Notes under the pieces: generated by a model
Database searches by the model: none
What the model was told of the DNA's origin: nothing
Seen by the model: the letters and a program-made list of their open reading frames with translations, nothing else
DNA from: a virus
Direction: 5' to 3' (one strand)
UHGV virus genome: UHGV-0037395
Length of the DNA stretch: 64,000 nt
Made by a program: the position numbers and the translations under genes
Shown here: piece after piece, positions 49,476 to 58,627 of the stretch
How positions within the stretch are numbered: position 1 is the first letter of the stretch
Layout: each line of letters begins with the position of its first letter

Positions 49476-49674
49476 ATTTCTTCCTTATCAATTTATATAA
49501 ATATTATAGCAAGTATTTAAGCATTTAGCAACTACAATTTTAACTAACTTTGCTTACCCTCGCCATAACTTTCTATCCCTCAACTGAATGATAATAGTAT
49601 ATACCTAAGCGGCGAAAATGTCAATAACCACTTTATAATTCCTATATGGTAGATGGGTAGCAAAGGGTTATGTA
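49476..49674 (-). promoter_or_regulatory. ligA-ligB intergenic region with two sigma70-like promoters (TTGACA-N17-TATACT and TTGCTA-N17-TATAAT) and an SD for ligB
   Basis: Reverse-complement reads ..gttatTGACAttttcgccgcttaggtaTATACT.. and ..TTGCTAaatgcttaaatacttgcTATAATatttatataaattgataaggaagaaatttgATG. Confidence 0.55.
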
Positions 49675-50646
49675 TTAATCGTATACTCGCTCTACTATGC
49701 ACGGGATTACACCACCAGCACGAATCACTCGAATCTGGCAACCGATCTCTAGATCAAGAGAGTTAATATAATCAACGTTATTAAGAGTCGCTTTAACAAT
49801 TGTAGCATCATCAATAATTACCGGTTCGAAATAACCAACTGGAGTTACTTTACCAGAAGCCCCTACCTGCCATTCAACTTTAGTAAGAGTTGTAATCTCG
49901 CCTTCTTCATCCTCTTTAATAGCGAACGCTCCACGAGGGAATTTATTAGTCCAGCCTTCACGGAAGAATTTGTTGTTATCATTAATACGAACAACTTTAC
50001 CGTCCGTTGGAATCCATTTAAAGAAGGAACGCACATTAACAACTGTTAAGAAGTTCTCATTCTCCAGCCAAAGCATATCTTTTAAATATGCTTCTGTAAT
50101 ACCTACAGATTCAGCAGAACACTGGATACCATATGCAACGAAGATTAAACCACCTTCTCCGATACGTTGTACAAAATCATCACTATCTTTGAGGTTAATA
50201 GCACCAGAGGCAAAGTTACGTTTATTTTCTACTTCTTTTGTAATTAGAACTTCACCAGTGATTTGAGTAGGTACTTTTTGGGAAATCTTTTTAGGGATAT
50301 TCAGCAATCTTACGTTGCTTGTGACATCATTCCCTAGAATACCATTACCACGAGTTAGTGCTTGAACAAATTCGCCATTAATATATAACAGAGAAATTGC
50401 ACAACCATCTAACTTATCGGTTTCCACCTGGCCTAATGGGTTAAATGGAGGTTTATCTCCACGATTATAATAAACTTTCTGTAAAGAATACATACGATAC
50501 AGATGTGGAATATCACCCTTAGGCCCGATCTCTTCTTCTAATGGAAATCTTTTAATCAGACGATCATATTCTTCGTCAGAGATTAAAGACATACCTTGAT
50601 AATATGCTTCTTGACAGCGTTTAATAAAGTCTTTTACATTGGTCAT
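49675..50646 (-). CDS. ligA: NAD-dependent DNA ligase subunit A (adenylation plus OB domain), 323 aa
   Basis: KLDG adenylation motif and the NAD ligase Ia-like N-terminus. Confidence 0.8.
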   Translation of the reverse strand: MTNVKDFIKRCQEAYYQGMSLISDEEYDRLIKRFPLEEEIGPKGDIPHLYRMYSLQKVYYNRGDKPPFNPLGQVETDKLDGCAISLLYINGEFVQALTRGNGILGNDVTSNVRLLNIPKKISQKVPTQITGEVLITKEVENKRNFASGAINLKDSDDFVQRIGEGGLIFVAYGIQCSAESVGITEAYLKDMLWLENENFLTVVNVRSFFKWIPTDGKVVRINDNNKFFREGWTNKFPRGAFAIKEDEEGEITTLTKVEWQVGASGKVTPVGYFEPVIIDDATIVKATLNNVDYINSLDLEIGCQIRVIRAGGVIPCIVERVYD

Positions 50647-50725
50647 TTATTTATATCTCTCATCAATTTATATAAATATTATATAATAATACTGAGTTGA
50701 AAGCAAATACATTTATAAAGAAAAA
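50647..50725 (-). promoter_or_regulatory. T5-type early promoter for ligA
   Basis: Reverse-complement reads TTGCTTtcaactcagtattattaTATAATatttatataaattgatgagag. Confidence 0.55.
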
Positions 50726-50733
50726 GCCAAGAA

Positions 50734-51042
50734 CTAGGCATTCTTGGCTTTGAGTTCTTCAGCTCGTTTCTGTACTTCATGTAAAACCTCAGATTCGCTA
50801 AGAATCTGTGTAAACGCATAGAAAAGCTGTGATGTTGTTTCTAGGGTGTAAGGAAAAGAGAAGCCAGATTTCGTTGGAAACCATTCATCATTAATATCAA
50901 GAAGCCAGTAACGAATACCCATGTATAGATTCCCACGAAATTCAGATACTGTTAATCTTACTTGTTCTCCCTCCTTCTCCCAAAGTATGATGGACTGGTC
51001 ATCAACGTGTCCTTCATAGTTTTGATTTACCTGTTCGCTCAT
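50734..51042 (-). CDS. Hypothetical protein (102 aa)
   Basis: ORF track. Confidence 0.3.
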   Translation of the reverse strand: MSEQVNQNYEGHVDDQSIILWEKEGEQVRLTVSEFRGNLYMGIRYWLLDINDEWFPTKSGFSFPYTLETTSQLFYAFTQILSESEVLHEVQKRAEELKAKNA

Positions 51043-51092
51043 TTACATATCCCAAATACACAAAAAGCCCCATATAGGGGCTAATTGGTTTC

Positions 51093-51389
51093 TTATCGGC
51101 CTACTGGAGAAGCACGATCTAACTCTGATTGGAGGCTAGTCACACGGCGGACTTTCTCGACAGGAATAAAACGGAAGCTATCATTAGTACGAGAGAAGAC
51201 AAGGATCTCATCATCTTTCGCTTTACGAATACGTTCACGTTTAATACGCTCAGCTAGATATTTATCTTGGGCTGGATCAAATTCCATCGTACCCTGAAGG
51301 TACGTGGTTCCTTTCTGACGAAGTTTCTCGTAATGAAGATAAAACTCACCAAATTTTTCACATTGTGCGATAATTTCAGCTTTGGTCAT
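51093..51389 (-). CDS. Hypothetical protein (98 aa)
   Basis: ORF track. Confidence 0.3.
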   Translation of the reverse strand: MTKAEIIAQCEKFGEFYLHYEKLRQKGTTYLQGTMEFDPAQDKYLAERIKRERIRKAKDDEILVFSRTNDSFRFIPVEKVRRVTSLQSELDRASPVGR

Positions 51390-51426
51390 AACTGTAGTTC
51401 CTTTTGTTGGTGGATTTATCTAAAAA

Positions 51427-51837
51427 TTACTTAGTGATAGCTCGGATTGCTTCTGCCAGATGAGCGGCTGCTTTACCGGTCAGTTTGTCGATAATTGCAT
51501 CATCCAGAAAATCCGGTGCTAAGCCAGCATCAGAGAATGCTGAACGAAGATCGGCATGGGCTTGAGCTTTGGAGGTACGAGAACCACCGGAAGCTTTTTC
51601 TCCAGTAGATGCGCTAGATTTAGAAGCAGAGCCAGCAGCTTTCTTGATATATACGCCTGCTTTGGTCAACTTCATACGAAAACCGTTCGGGGTTACACCA
51701 TTTTCCTGGGCAATTTCGCTAACAATTTCCATGCTAACACCCGGACGTTCATCCTCTGGGAATTGCTCCATACGAGCAACGTATTCGGAAGACATTTTTT
51801 CGAACAGTTCATCAGTCCACTGAGTTGGAGTAGTCAT
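51427..51837 (-). CDS. Hypothetical early protein (136 aa); codon-optimised
   Basis: ORF track; strong RBS. Confidence 0.35.
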   Translation of the reverse strand: MTTPTQWTDELFEKMSSEYVARMEQFPEDERPGVSMEIVSEIAQENGVTPNGFRMKLTKAGVYIKKAAGSASKSSASTGEKASGGSRTSKAQAHADLRSAFSDAGLAPDFLDDAIIDKLTGKAAAHLAEAIRAITK

Positions 51838-51940
51838 ATTTTATATTTCCTTAATTAAGAATTAAACAGAATAGTTCTTTCAAACTATGAGAATATTATA
51901 TCAAGAATTATAGGATTAAGCAACTGAAATTTTTCTGTAG

Positions 51941-52216
51941 TTACTCCACCAGGCCAACAGCGAGCATATCATCAATGCTGGCAATCTCCCAATCGTCGGC
52001 AATAGCTTCGCATACTGTTAACGTAACAACCTCACTATAGGGATAATTACCAGCTACCCAGGTATGTTGGGTAGCTACATCTGAGTCAGCGTCTAAAGTT
52101 AGTAACACTAAGCCATTATTATCATTATTCCAGCTTCTACGATACACGGTTTTTGTTTCACCATCTTTAAGCAAATCTGTTAGCTTACTCACGGCGTTTT
52201 CCTTTTTCTTTATCAA
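51941..52216 (-). CDS. Hypothetical protein (91 aa)
   Basis: ORF track. Confidence 0.3.
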   Translation of the reverse strand: MIKKKENAVSKLTDLLKDGETKTVYRRSWNNDNNGLVLLTLDADSDVATQHTWVAGNYPYSEVVTLTVCEAIADDWEIASIDDMLAVGLVE

Positions 52217-52889
52217 GTTTCAAAGCGGCCTTAACAGCTTCGTTAATCAATGAGATTACTTCTTCACGAGTCCACTTATACCCTAGAGATTTTACGTCTA
52301 CCCCTAACTTTTCCAGATGTTTAACAGAAGCCAGCTCGTAATTCATATAATGAACGTTCTGTTGTTTGCCTTCTGATAGAAGCCATACACGGTAACAACC
52401 AACAGGATTATCCATTGCTTTTTTGATTTCACCGATACACTGGTATCCAGGAACCCAAACAAGCTCACCAACTGCAAATTCTTCTGCTACAGCATCATCA
52501 GGAATAATTGGAGGATTCAATGGATCTACAATATCGTTCAAACGAAGTAGAGCACCATAGCGTTCCAAAACAGATTTAACCATTGCTACAGAACGATAAT
52601 TACGATCGGCAATTTCTTCAAAAGAATCACCAGATAAATACTGCTCAATAACGTTAGCTAACTCAATGCCTTCAATGAGTGTGCCACGTTTCTTTTTCTT
52701 CATTTCGGCAACTTGAATCTGGCGGTCTTGCCATTCTTCAATCATCCTTTCCATAGTTGGATTGGATGATACGCCGAGCATTTCACATGCTGCTTTCTTA
52801 GTACCACCGTTCTCCAGATGCTCTATAACCTTTTTAAAGACTTCATCCGGGATTTCATGGATATGTTTCTTTCTACGAGAACCAGCCAT
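52185..52889 (-). CDS. Early HTH-containing protein transcribed from the PN25-type promoter (234 aa)
   Basis: Begins MAGSRRKK immediately downstream of the N25-like promoter; HTH-like GGTKKAACEMLGVS. Confidence 0.5.
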   Translation of the reverse strand: MAGSRRKKHIHEIPDEVFKKVIEHLENGGTKKAACEMLGVSSNPTMERMIEEWQDRQIQVAEMKKKKRGTLIEGIELANVIEQYLSGDSFEEIADRNYRSVAMVKSVLERYGALLRLNDIVDPLNPPIIPDDAVAEEFAVGELVWVPGYQCIGEIKKAMDNPVGCYRVWLLSEGKQQNVHYMNYELASVKHLEKLGVDVKSLGYKWTREEVISLINEAVKAALKLDKEKGKRRE

Positions 52890-52962
52890 ATTTAAACTCC
52901 TCTCTCAAATTTATGAATCTATTATACAGAAATTTTTTGCACTATGCAAATAAATTTTTACG
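52890..52962 (-). promoter_or_regulatory. PN25-type strong early sigma70 promoter
   Basis: Reverse-complement aaaatttatTTGCATagtgcaaaaaatttctgTATAATagattcataaatttgagagaggagtttaaatATG is nearly identical to the classical T5 N25 promoter sequence as recalled. Confidence 0.75.
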
Positions 52963-53200
52963 ATTCCTTGAGCAAAGAAGCAAGTTCAGCATAGACTTTA
53001 TCTAACTCAAAGCCGATGCGAAGAGACACGTTTGTTTTCCGTTGTTTAAGTAACCATTTGGATATATTAGGGATGCCAGCTAATCTATGTGGTACCACCC
53101 TACATAGCTTTTCCGAAGTGTCATAAACAGGAACTTTACGTTCTTTTACTGGGAACTTCCTTGTTTCCCATTTTTTATTCTTCACTGTCATTTCTAGCAC
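52958..53200 (-). CDS. Hypothetical protein (80 aa)
   Basis: ORF track. Confidence 0.3.
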   Translation of the reverse strand: MLEMTVKNKKWETRKFPVKERKVPVYDTSEKLCRVVPHRLAGIPNISKWLLKQRKTNVSLRIGFELDKVYAELASLLKES

Positions 53201-55859
53201 CTAGCTCTGCCATTGCTTCATCATGCATATGTTTCTCCTCATCAGTCATAAACTTATATGGGATTGGCATACACTCGATTTTACAATAAGTTCTGTACCA
53301 GTCTACAATATTCTCCGTGTTCATATCTTTACCAATACCCATCATACCAAGATACATTCTGGCATATTTTGGGTTAGCACTCTGACCTGTTTTAAGGAAG
53401 AAATCTTTCTTCTTACCTTTCAGAGCTTCTATGAATGGTTTGATAGTGACATTTGAACACTTCTTAATATCTTCCCAGAACATCTCGTGCATTTTATGGA
53501 AGAATGCAGCCCGATCATTAGGTTTATCCTTGATATATTGTTCAACATGCTCAACTGTTACATCTTTAATAGACTCAAGATGGTAATAGCGAACAAGAAG
53601 TAGTTTAGCTTCATACGCATCTGCATGTCGTGGAGCACAATAATCAGGAGTTGAATACAAAATGGCTTTGATTCGCTCTTCTATATACTCTTTTCCTGCA
53701 CCTTCGATAGTTCCCCAGCTTTCACTGAAAATATCAATAGTTGCACCCTGATCAAGCAAGTAATAACGTAAAGTACTAGTATAGTTCCTAGACTCCAGCT
53801 CCCTACGACGTGCGTATAATTGCTGTGCTAATTCCAGCCAACCTTCATCAATGTTATATTGTTCAGAGCCTGCGGAGAATCCACTCGTAGATTTATCAAT
53901 AAAATAATAAATGTTCTGAGCACCACGGTCGCGCCTGATTGCTTGAAAACGCATGTTTGGCGCTTGGTTACTAGTTCTAGTAATAACGAATACGTTATCA
54001 AAATAGTTGAAGTCAACACCACTTGTTACGGATGGACTACATAATAAGCAATCAATTTGTTGGTCAATTAGCTCATTAGTTGTGTAATCCAGAATACGTC
54101 TAATATCCACATCAGACGTAGAGTTTGAGTGGATTTCCTTAACTAACGCACCCGTATTACGACGTAATGCCATGCCCTTCTCATTCAGCTCATCAGGGCC
54201 ACAATCAGATACCAGAATAGATTTCTCACCCATCTCTAGAGAAGTCTGAAGTGCAACCCAAATACTGGATTCATCAGGGAACTCATAAGCATGAGCTTTT
54301 GACAACATCTTACGGTGATGGTTATAAAATGCAACCGGTTTATCAAACTCAATCAAAGAACCATATGCTTCAATTGTTTCTGCACTAATATCACCATCGG
54401 ATAATATAATGATTTTTGCAGTTGCAAGAATATCCCGAAGAACCTGAATACATTCACGACGTTGTTTAACAACCGGGGCGAATAATAGGTCGTTCATTAC
54501 TGCATCACATTCATCGATAAAGATTGCATCAATTTGACCAATAAAACTCTTGAACTTATGCAAAGAGTGAATAGTTGTGGACATACGATCAATAGCACCA
54601 CGCTTAAAATTAAGCATATCTACAGACTTATCGTATTGTCCTGCACTAAATTTCTTAGCATTTGAAGATACCAGTGCTCTAGTATTGGTAATTGCTAAAA
54701 AATTACCTTTAATAACTCCTGAATCTAACCAACGCACAACCGCCGTGGTTTTACCTGTACCTAGACTTGCTTTTACAAAAGTCATATAACCTTCTGGTGG
54801 CACAGTATTTAATTTCAAGAAGTTATCAGTTTCTAGGGAGTTAGTTTCTAGCTTTTTAAGTGGAATACCTTTTAAAACATCAGGTATATCGCGTTTAGAA
54901 TTATTAACAAACGCTTTCAGAGCCTGTTTACGACCGTTATTAAAATAATCTTGAATATTACGACTATTATCTTTAGTTGCAATATATTCTGATAAGGCTG
55001 GACGGATTTCTTTTTCTAGCCATGCAAAATCAACACCATCCTCTAATGCTCTATGGTATAGTTTGGGGATAATACGCAAGTACACCCCATCCTCAGCTTC
55101 TTCTAGTTCGCTGATAGTTTCCTCTACTTTATCAGAGGCAGCTTTTTTACCTTTAATTTGATCAAGTAAAGAGTAAAACTCCTCCTTAAACTCACCCCTA
55201 GTTGTTTCATAGTCAACTAGATTATTGGGTAAATTTACTTTAGAACCCTTAACAAATACCAGACGTGAAGCACCCTCCGCTTTAAATGGATCTACTATAC
55301 CATCAGTAAATAACGGATCTGCAAAATAGTGGAGCTGTACGGAAGAGTAATAAGCTAAGTCGGCAATATCAAAGCCATACTTTTGTCTACTACTTTCATT
55401 GATAGATGTAAATAAGAATTTGATTTGACCCTGAGTTACTCTAACATTAGATTCTAGTATTAAGTGCATTCGGATACCTGGTTTTAGCCCAGCCGAAGAC
55501 GATGCATGAGCGATAAACCCTGCATCAAGAGGAAACATATCCTCACTAATACTATTTAACATTCTAATAATATGTCGAGCCATGCCAACAAGATCAAACT
55601 TGTTACAACCACCTGTATCTACAATACCATCCACGTCCATTGCAATTATATGACTTGGGTTAGATACATTAAAGTTGCCCTTCTTACGTCGCACATTATT
55701 TTTAGGTGCAAGACATCGACCTCGTACCGCAACGATATGAGGGTCAGACGTTAAACGTCTCATAAGAGGAAGCATTTCTACTAGGGTTTGAGGATCAACT
55801 TCATCAATTACATCAAACTTGAAGGGCATTGAAGCTGGTTTACCTTCAGGATGCTTTGA
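53175..55859 (-). CDS. Large P-loop helicase / putative replication-origin-binding protein; the true start is likely internal (MPFKFD..), the ORF-track start at 56042 is over-extended
   Basis: Walker A SLGTGKTT and a DECD box. The first ~60 codons of the track ORF (MTVTVVLFFLNSPKENLF..) look like translated leader. Confidence 0.6.
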   Translation of the reverse strand, partial: SKHPEGKPASMPFKFDVIDEVDPQTLVEMLPLMRRLTSDPHIVAVRGRCLAPKNNVRRKKGNFNVSNPSHIIAMDVDGIVDTGGCNKFDLVGMARHIIRMLNSISEDMFPLDAGFIAHASSSAGLKPGIRMHLILESNVRVTQGQIKFLFTSINESSRQKYGFDIADLAYYSSVQLHYFADPLFTDGIVDPFKAEGASRLVFVKGSKVNLPNNLVDYETTRGEFKEEFYSLLDQIKGKKAASDKVEETISELEEAEDGVYLRIIPKLYHRALEDGVDFAWLEKEIRPALSEYIATKDNSRNIQDYFNNGRKQALKAFVNNSKRDIPDVLKGIPLKKLETNSLETDNFLKLNTVPPEGYMTFVKASLGTGKTTAVVRWLDSGVIKGNFLAITNTRALVSSNAKKFSAGQYDKSVDMLNFKRGAIDRMSTTIHSLHKFKSFIGQIDAIFIDECDAVMNDLLFAPVVKQRRECIQVLRDILATAKIIILSDGDISAETIEAYGSLIEFDKPVAFYNHHRKMLSKAHAYEFPDESSIWVALQTSLEMGEKSILVSDCGPDELNEKGMALRRNTGALVKEIHSNSTSDVDIRRILDYTTNELIDQQIDCLLCSPSVTSGVDFNYFDNVFVITRTSNQAPNMRFQAIRRDRGAQNIYYFIDKSTSGFSAGSEQYNIDEGWLELAQQLYARRRELESRNYTSTLRYYLLDQGATIDIFSESWGTIEGAGKEYIEERIKAILYSTPDYCAPRHADAYEAKLLLVRYYHLESIKDVTVEHVEQYIKDKPNDRAAFFHKMHEMFWEDIKKCSNVTIKPFIEALKGKKKDFFLKTGQSANPKYARMYLGMMGIGKDMNTENIVDWYRTYCKIECMPIPYKFMTDEEKHMHDEAMAELGARNDSEE

Positions 55860-56439
55860 GGAAAATCTTTTAGCAAAAAGATAGTCTTCTGCTTTAACTT
55901 CCCGCCAAATGCCTGTGGCTAAATCGCGATGAAATCCTGCATGACCTTGTAGGATTGAGAACACAACAATACTCCTGTATTGGAAATGAAATAAGTTTTC
56001 TTTAGGACTATTCAGAAAGAATAGAACAACTGTTACTGTCAATTTCTCAACAAATTAATTGCAAATACTGAAGGGGGGTGGCAACTTCCCCTTTCACGCT
56101 ACACTGCCGCTTCACTATACCGCACAAATCCTTGAGGATGGCCGCTAAGCCAGATTTGCTCACCTAATGCTTCATGTACTAGCTCATACTAGATGTAGTA
56201 TACCTTACGTCATCACTTCTCAGAGTTTTTCACTCTTCCCGTCTCACTTCACAACCACCTCACACTAGGTTGCTTCGAGGCCTTACCAGGGTTCCTACGG
56301 GATGTAGATCGCTAAGTATTCTATTAACTATTTGTTTAAAAACTAACACGTAACAGTTAAAACAACCCTTAATGGGGCAGCCTAACTGTTCCGTATCGCG
56401 GATTGTAAACAAGAAAAATTAGCAAAATCAATTTTTACT

Positions 56440-56500
56440 AATGTCTCTCATTTATGGGAATATTATACTATAAAATAATACTCCCTTGCAAATGAAATTT
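56440..56500 (-). promoter_or_regulatory. T5-type early promoter preceding a ~450-nt ORF-free leader upstream of the helicase gene
   Basis: Reverse-complement reads TTGCAAgggagtattattttatagTATAATattcccataaatgagagac. Confidence 0.55.
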
Positions 56501-56952
56501 TACTGGATTGATTCCCTACCGTATAATTGACCTCTAAACATCTTGGCCATAGAACATGCAACCTCATAGTTGTCATATGTTCCTTTAACTATCCGTTTAC
56601 GGTTAATAGTAAATACTACTTGCCAGTTCTTACTACCAGAAGGGTAAACATGCATTCCTTTCTTATATTTGATATTTCTTAGATTACCAGATACTGTCTG
56701 CTCTCTAAGATTTTCAATACGATCATCACCTTTTATAGTGTTCACATGATCTACTAAATCAGGTAAGTATCCATGATGCATTAAAAATATTGCTCTATGC
56801 CGAAGCATAGTCCTATTCCCTAGAGATATACGATAATATCCGTTACCCGTAGAAACACAACATTCTTTCCCTGCATTTCTTCCCGTAGTTCTAAATAACT
56901 TACCATCTTCATATCGGAAGTTATCTAAAAGTTCTTGCTGTGTGAATGACAT
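56500..56952 (-). CDS. HNH-AP2 homing endonuclease; start placed at MSFTQQE with a GGAGGTGAGG SD
   Basis: Motif HRAIFLMHHGYLPDLVDHVNTIKGDDRIENL. Confidence 0.6.
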   Translation of the reverse strand: MSFTQQELLDNFRYEDGKLFRTTGRNAGKECCVSTGNGYYRISLGNRTMLRHRAIFLMHHGYLPDLVDHVNTIKGDDRIENLREQTVSGNLRNIKYKKGMHVYPSGSKNWQVVFTINRKRIVKGTYDNYEVACSMAKMFRGQLYGRESIQ

Positions 56953-57094
56953 CCTCACCTCCAATACATATATTATTACATAATCCATCCAAATTGTCAA
57001 CGACAATTTATTTTGACTATCAATCGACTGGAAAGATTAGGTAATAATCCGAGCACTAATAGCCCGGATTATAAAGTTCATCTAATAAAAATCA

Positions 57095-57484
57095 TTAGTC
57101 ATTTAATCCCGGAACATAGATCCCAACACGGTTTAATTGTTCTTTAGCTTCTTTGAGAATATCTGGAGTGTACTCCCAAATATCATCTTCCACCTGTAAA
57201 AGATGGGGCGAACAACCATCATCAGGCGCACGACATATGGCCAAGCCACGTGGATGGAATATAGAGAAGTTTAGGGCAACAATTAAACCCATAGCGGACA
57301 ATTCATTCCAGTCCATCTCCCATTCCCCGGCGTAGCCGGATAGAAAAACACCAATACAGGGATCATCTGTTTGCTGCTCAGGAAAAGTGAAGGAGGCTTG
57401 TCTTACCCCTAACCAACGTTGTAGCAGCTTTTCCGCACGCTTCACCAAACTAGGGTCAATCTGACGCCAATATACTTGTTCCAT
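57095..57484 (-). CDS. Hypothetical protein, paralog 1 of a tandem pair (129 aa)
   Basis: Shares PCIG..W.EL..MGL..ALN..PGL with the adjacent ORF. Confidence 0.4.
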   Translation of the reverse strand: MEQVYWRQIDPSLVKRAEKLLQRWLGVRQASFTFPEQQTDDPCIGVFLSGYAGEWEMDWNELSAMGLIVALNFSIFHPRGLAICRAPDDGCSPHLLQVEDDIWEYTPDILKEAKEQLNRVGIYVPGLND

Positions 57485-57493
57485 TCTGCCTCC

Positions 57494-57922
57494 TTAAGCA
57501 GTTAAACCTGGGATCATATACCCGAAACGTCGAAGTTTCTGAATCCCCTCATTTACTTCTTCCGGTGAGTAAGACCAACCATAACGTTCATTAACCTGAA
57601 AACCAGGAGATTCACTAGTTTTATAGTTAACAACAAGGCGATGCTTAGCAGGCATAAACAGCTTATAATTTAACGCAAAAACTAAGCCCATTTCGTCTAA
57701 CTCTTTCCAGCCCACAATCTCTTCAAGACCATCCTCTACCTGCACAATTAAACCAATACAGGGCCCCTCATCAATATCATCTTTAAAAGCAAAGGAGATT
57801 TCGTTATTCTCACACCATATTTTCAAAGAGTTAATAGCCTCATTATACAGGCTAGCTGGGAGAGTACGCCAAAAGTTAACCAAAATTGGGTTAGCTTCTT
57901 TAGAGAATACATTATTGAACAT
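57494..57922 (-). CDS. Hypothetical protein, paralog 2 of a tandem pair (142 aa)
   Basis: Same conserved skeleton as 57095..57484. Confidence 0.4.
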   Translation of the reverse strand: MFNNVFSKEANPILVNFWRTLPASLYNEAINSLKIWCENNEISFAFKDDIDEGPCIGLIVQVEDGLEEIVGWKELDEMGLVFALNYKLFMPAKHRLVVNYKTSESPGFQVNERYGWSYSPEEVNEGIQKLRRFGYMIPGLTA

Positions 57923-57924
57923 AT

Positions 57925-58431
57925 TTACACCTTAAATTGTTGTAAGGATTTACACATTTCAAGATCCGGACTAAATTCTAGCATATAGCTAACAGCTTTT
58001 AAATCCTGAAGATTTATCCCAGTCCTACCGTTGACTATAACCGTTGGATACTGATACATCATAGCACCCGCATCATCAAGCACACACCAATGTTTGAGCT
58101 TATGCTTTTCAACGAAGCGAAGAACAGAATTACCCCTAGATAACCCACCCCCAGTAAAATCCGTTGTACCAAGAAAACGATCGATAAGACCTAATCCGGT
58201 CATAATCTGAACGTTCTCCATCTCATTCCTGACAGAGAACCATGAGGATACTCCAACAATCATTATCGGAGAAGGACGAATAAAGTCCTGAAAAGCCTTG
58301 AGAAGCGGTTTGAAAACCCAGTCACTTCCAAAGAAAATCTTTTCATTATCAGGTGCATGATGGTGGGAGATGCTCGAATTGAGCACCCCATCAATATCTA
58401 GAAAAATAATTGGAGTATTACTTATTTCCAT
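57925..58431 (-). CDS. HAD-superfamily phosphatase-like protein (168 aa)
   Basis: N-terminal motif I IIFLDIDGVLNSS and a later VLDDAG (motif IV-like). Confidence 0.45.
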   Translation of the reverse strand: MEISNTPIIFLDIDGVLNSSISHHHAPDNEKIFFGSDWVFKPLLKAFQDFIRPSPIMIVGVSSWFSVRNEMENVQIMTGLGLIDRFLGTTDFTGGGLSRGNSVLRFVEKHKLKHWCVLDDAGAMMYQYPTVIVNGRTGINLQDLKAVSYMLEFSPDLEMCKSLQQFKV

Positions 58432-58627
58432 TTTTGTTCCTTTCTAAGAACGTATCATACTCAACCGTATCAACATATATAACACCATAGTCATCGGATT
58501 TATAGTCCATTTCCCACAGCTCACAGCGATAGCACCAACTACCATCTGCCCATACAAATATATCATCGGGATGTGTATAAACAGATTTAACTATGGACAT
58601 ATCTGTTTCCCTTGCTTCTCGACACAT
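58418..58627 (-). CDS. Small hypothetical protein (69 aa)
   Basis: ORF track. Confidence 0.25.
   Translation of the reverse strand: MCREARETDMSIVKSVYTHPDDIFVWADGSWCYRCELWEMDYKSDDYGVIYVDTVEYDTFLERNKNGNK

Noticed and set aside
49476-49674. Considered whether the ligA/ligB split reflects a group I intron, intein or pseudogenised ligase.
   Set aside because: 199 bp is too short for a group I intron and has no conserved intron core. Both halves have intact domain boundaries, ligB has its own SD and start codon, and two sigma70 promoters sit in the gap. This is consistent with a functional two-subunit enzyme.
56043-56499. Looked for tRNA genes here and elsewhere, since T5 carries a tRNA cluster.
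   Set aside because: No convincing cloverleaf (no GTTC-type T-loop with a matching acceptor stem) was found by eye. The T5 tRNA block lies in a different early region, so absence from this window is expected. The region is retained as a finding for other reasons.
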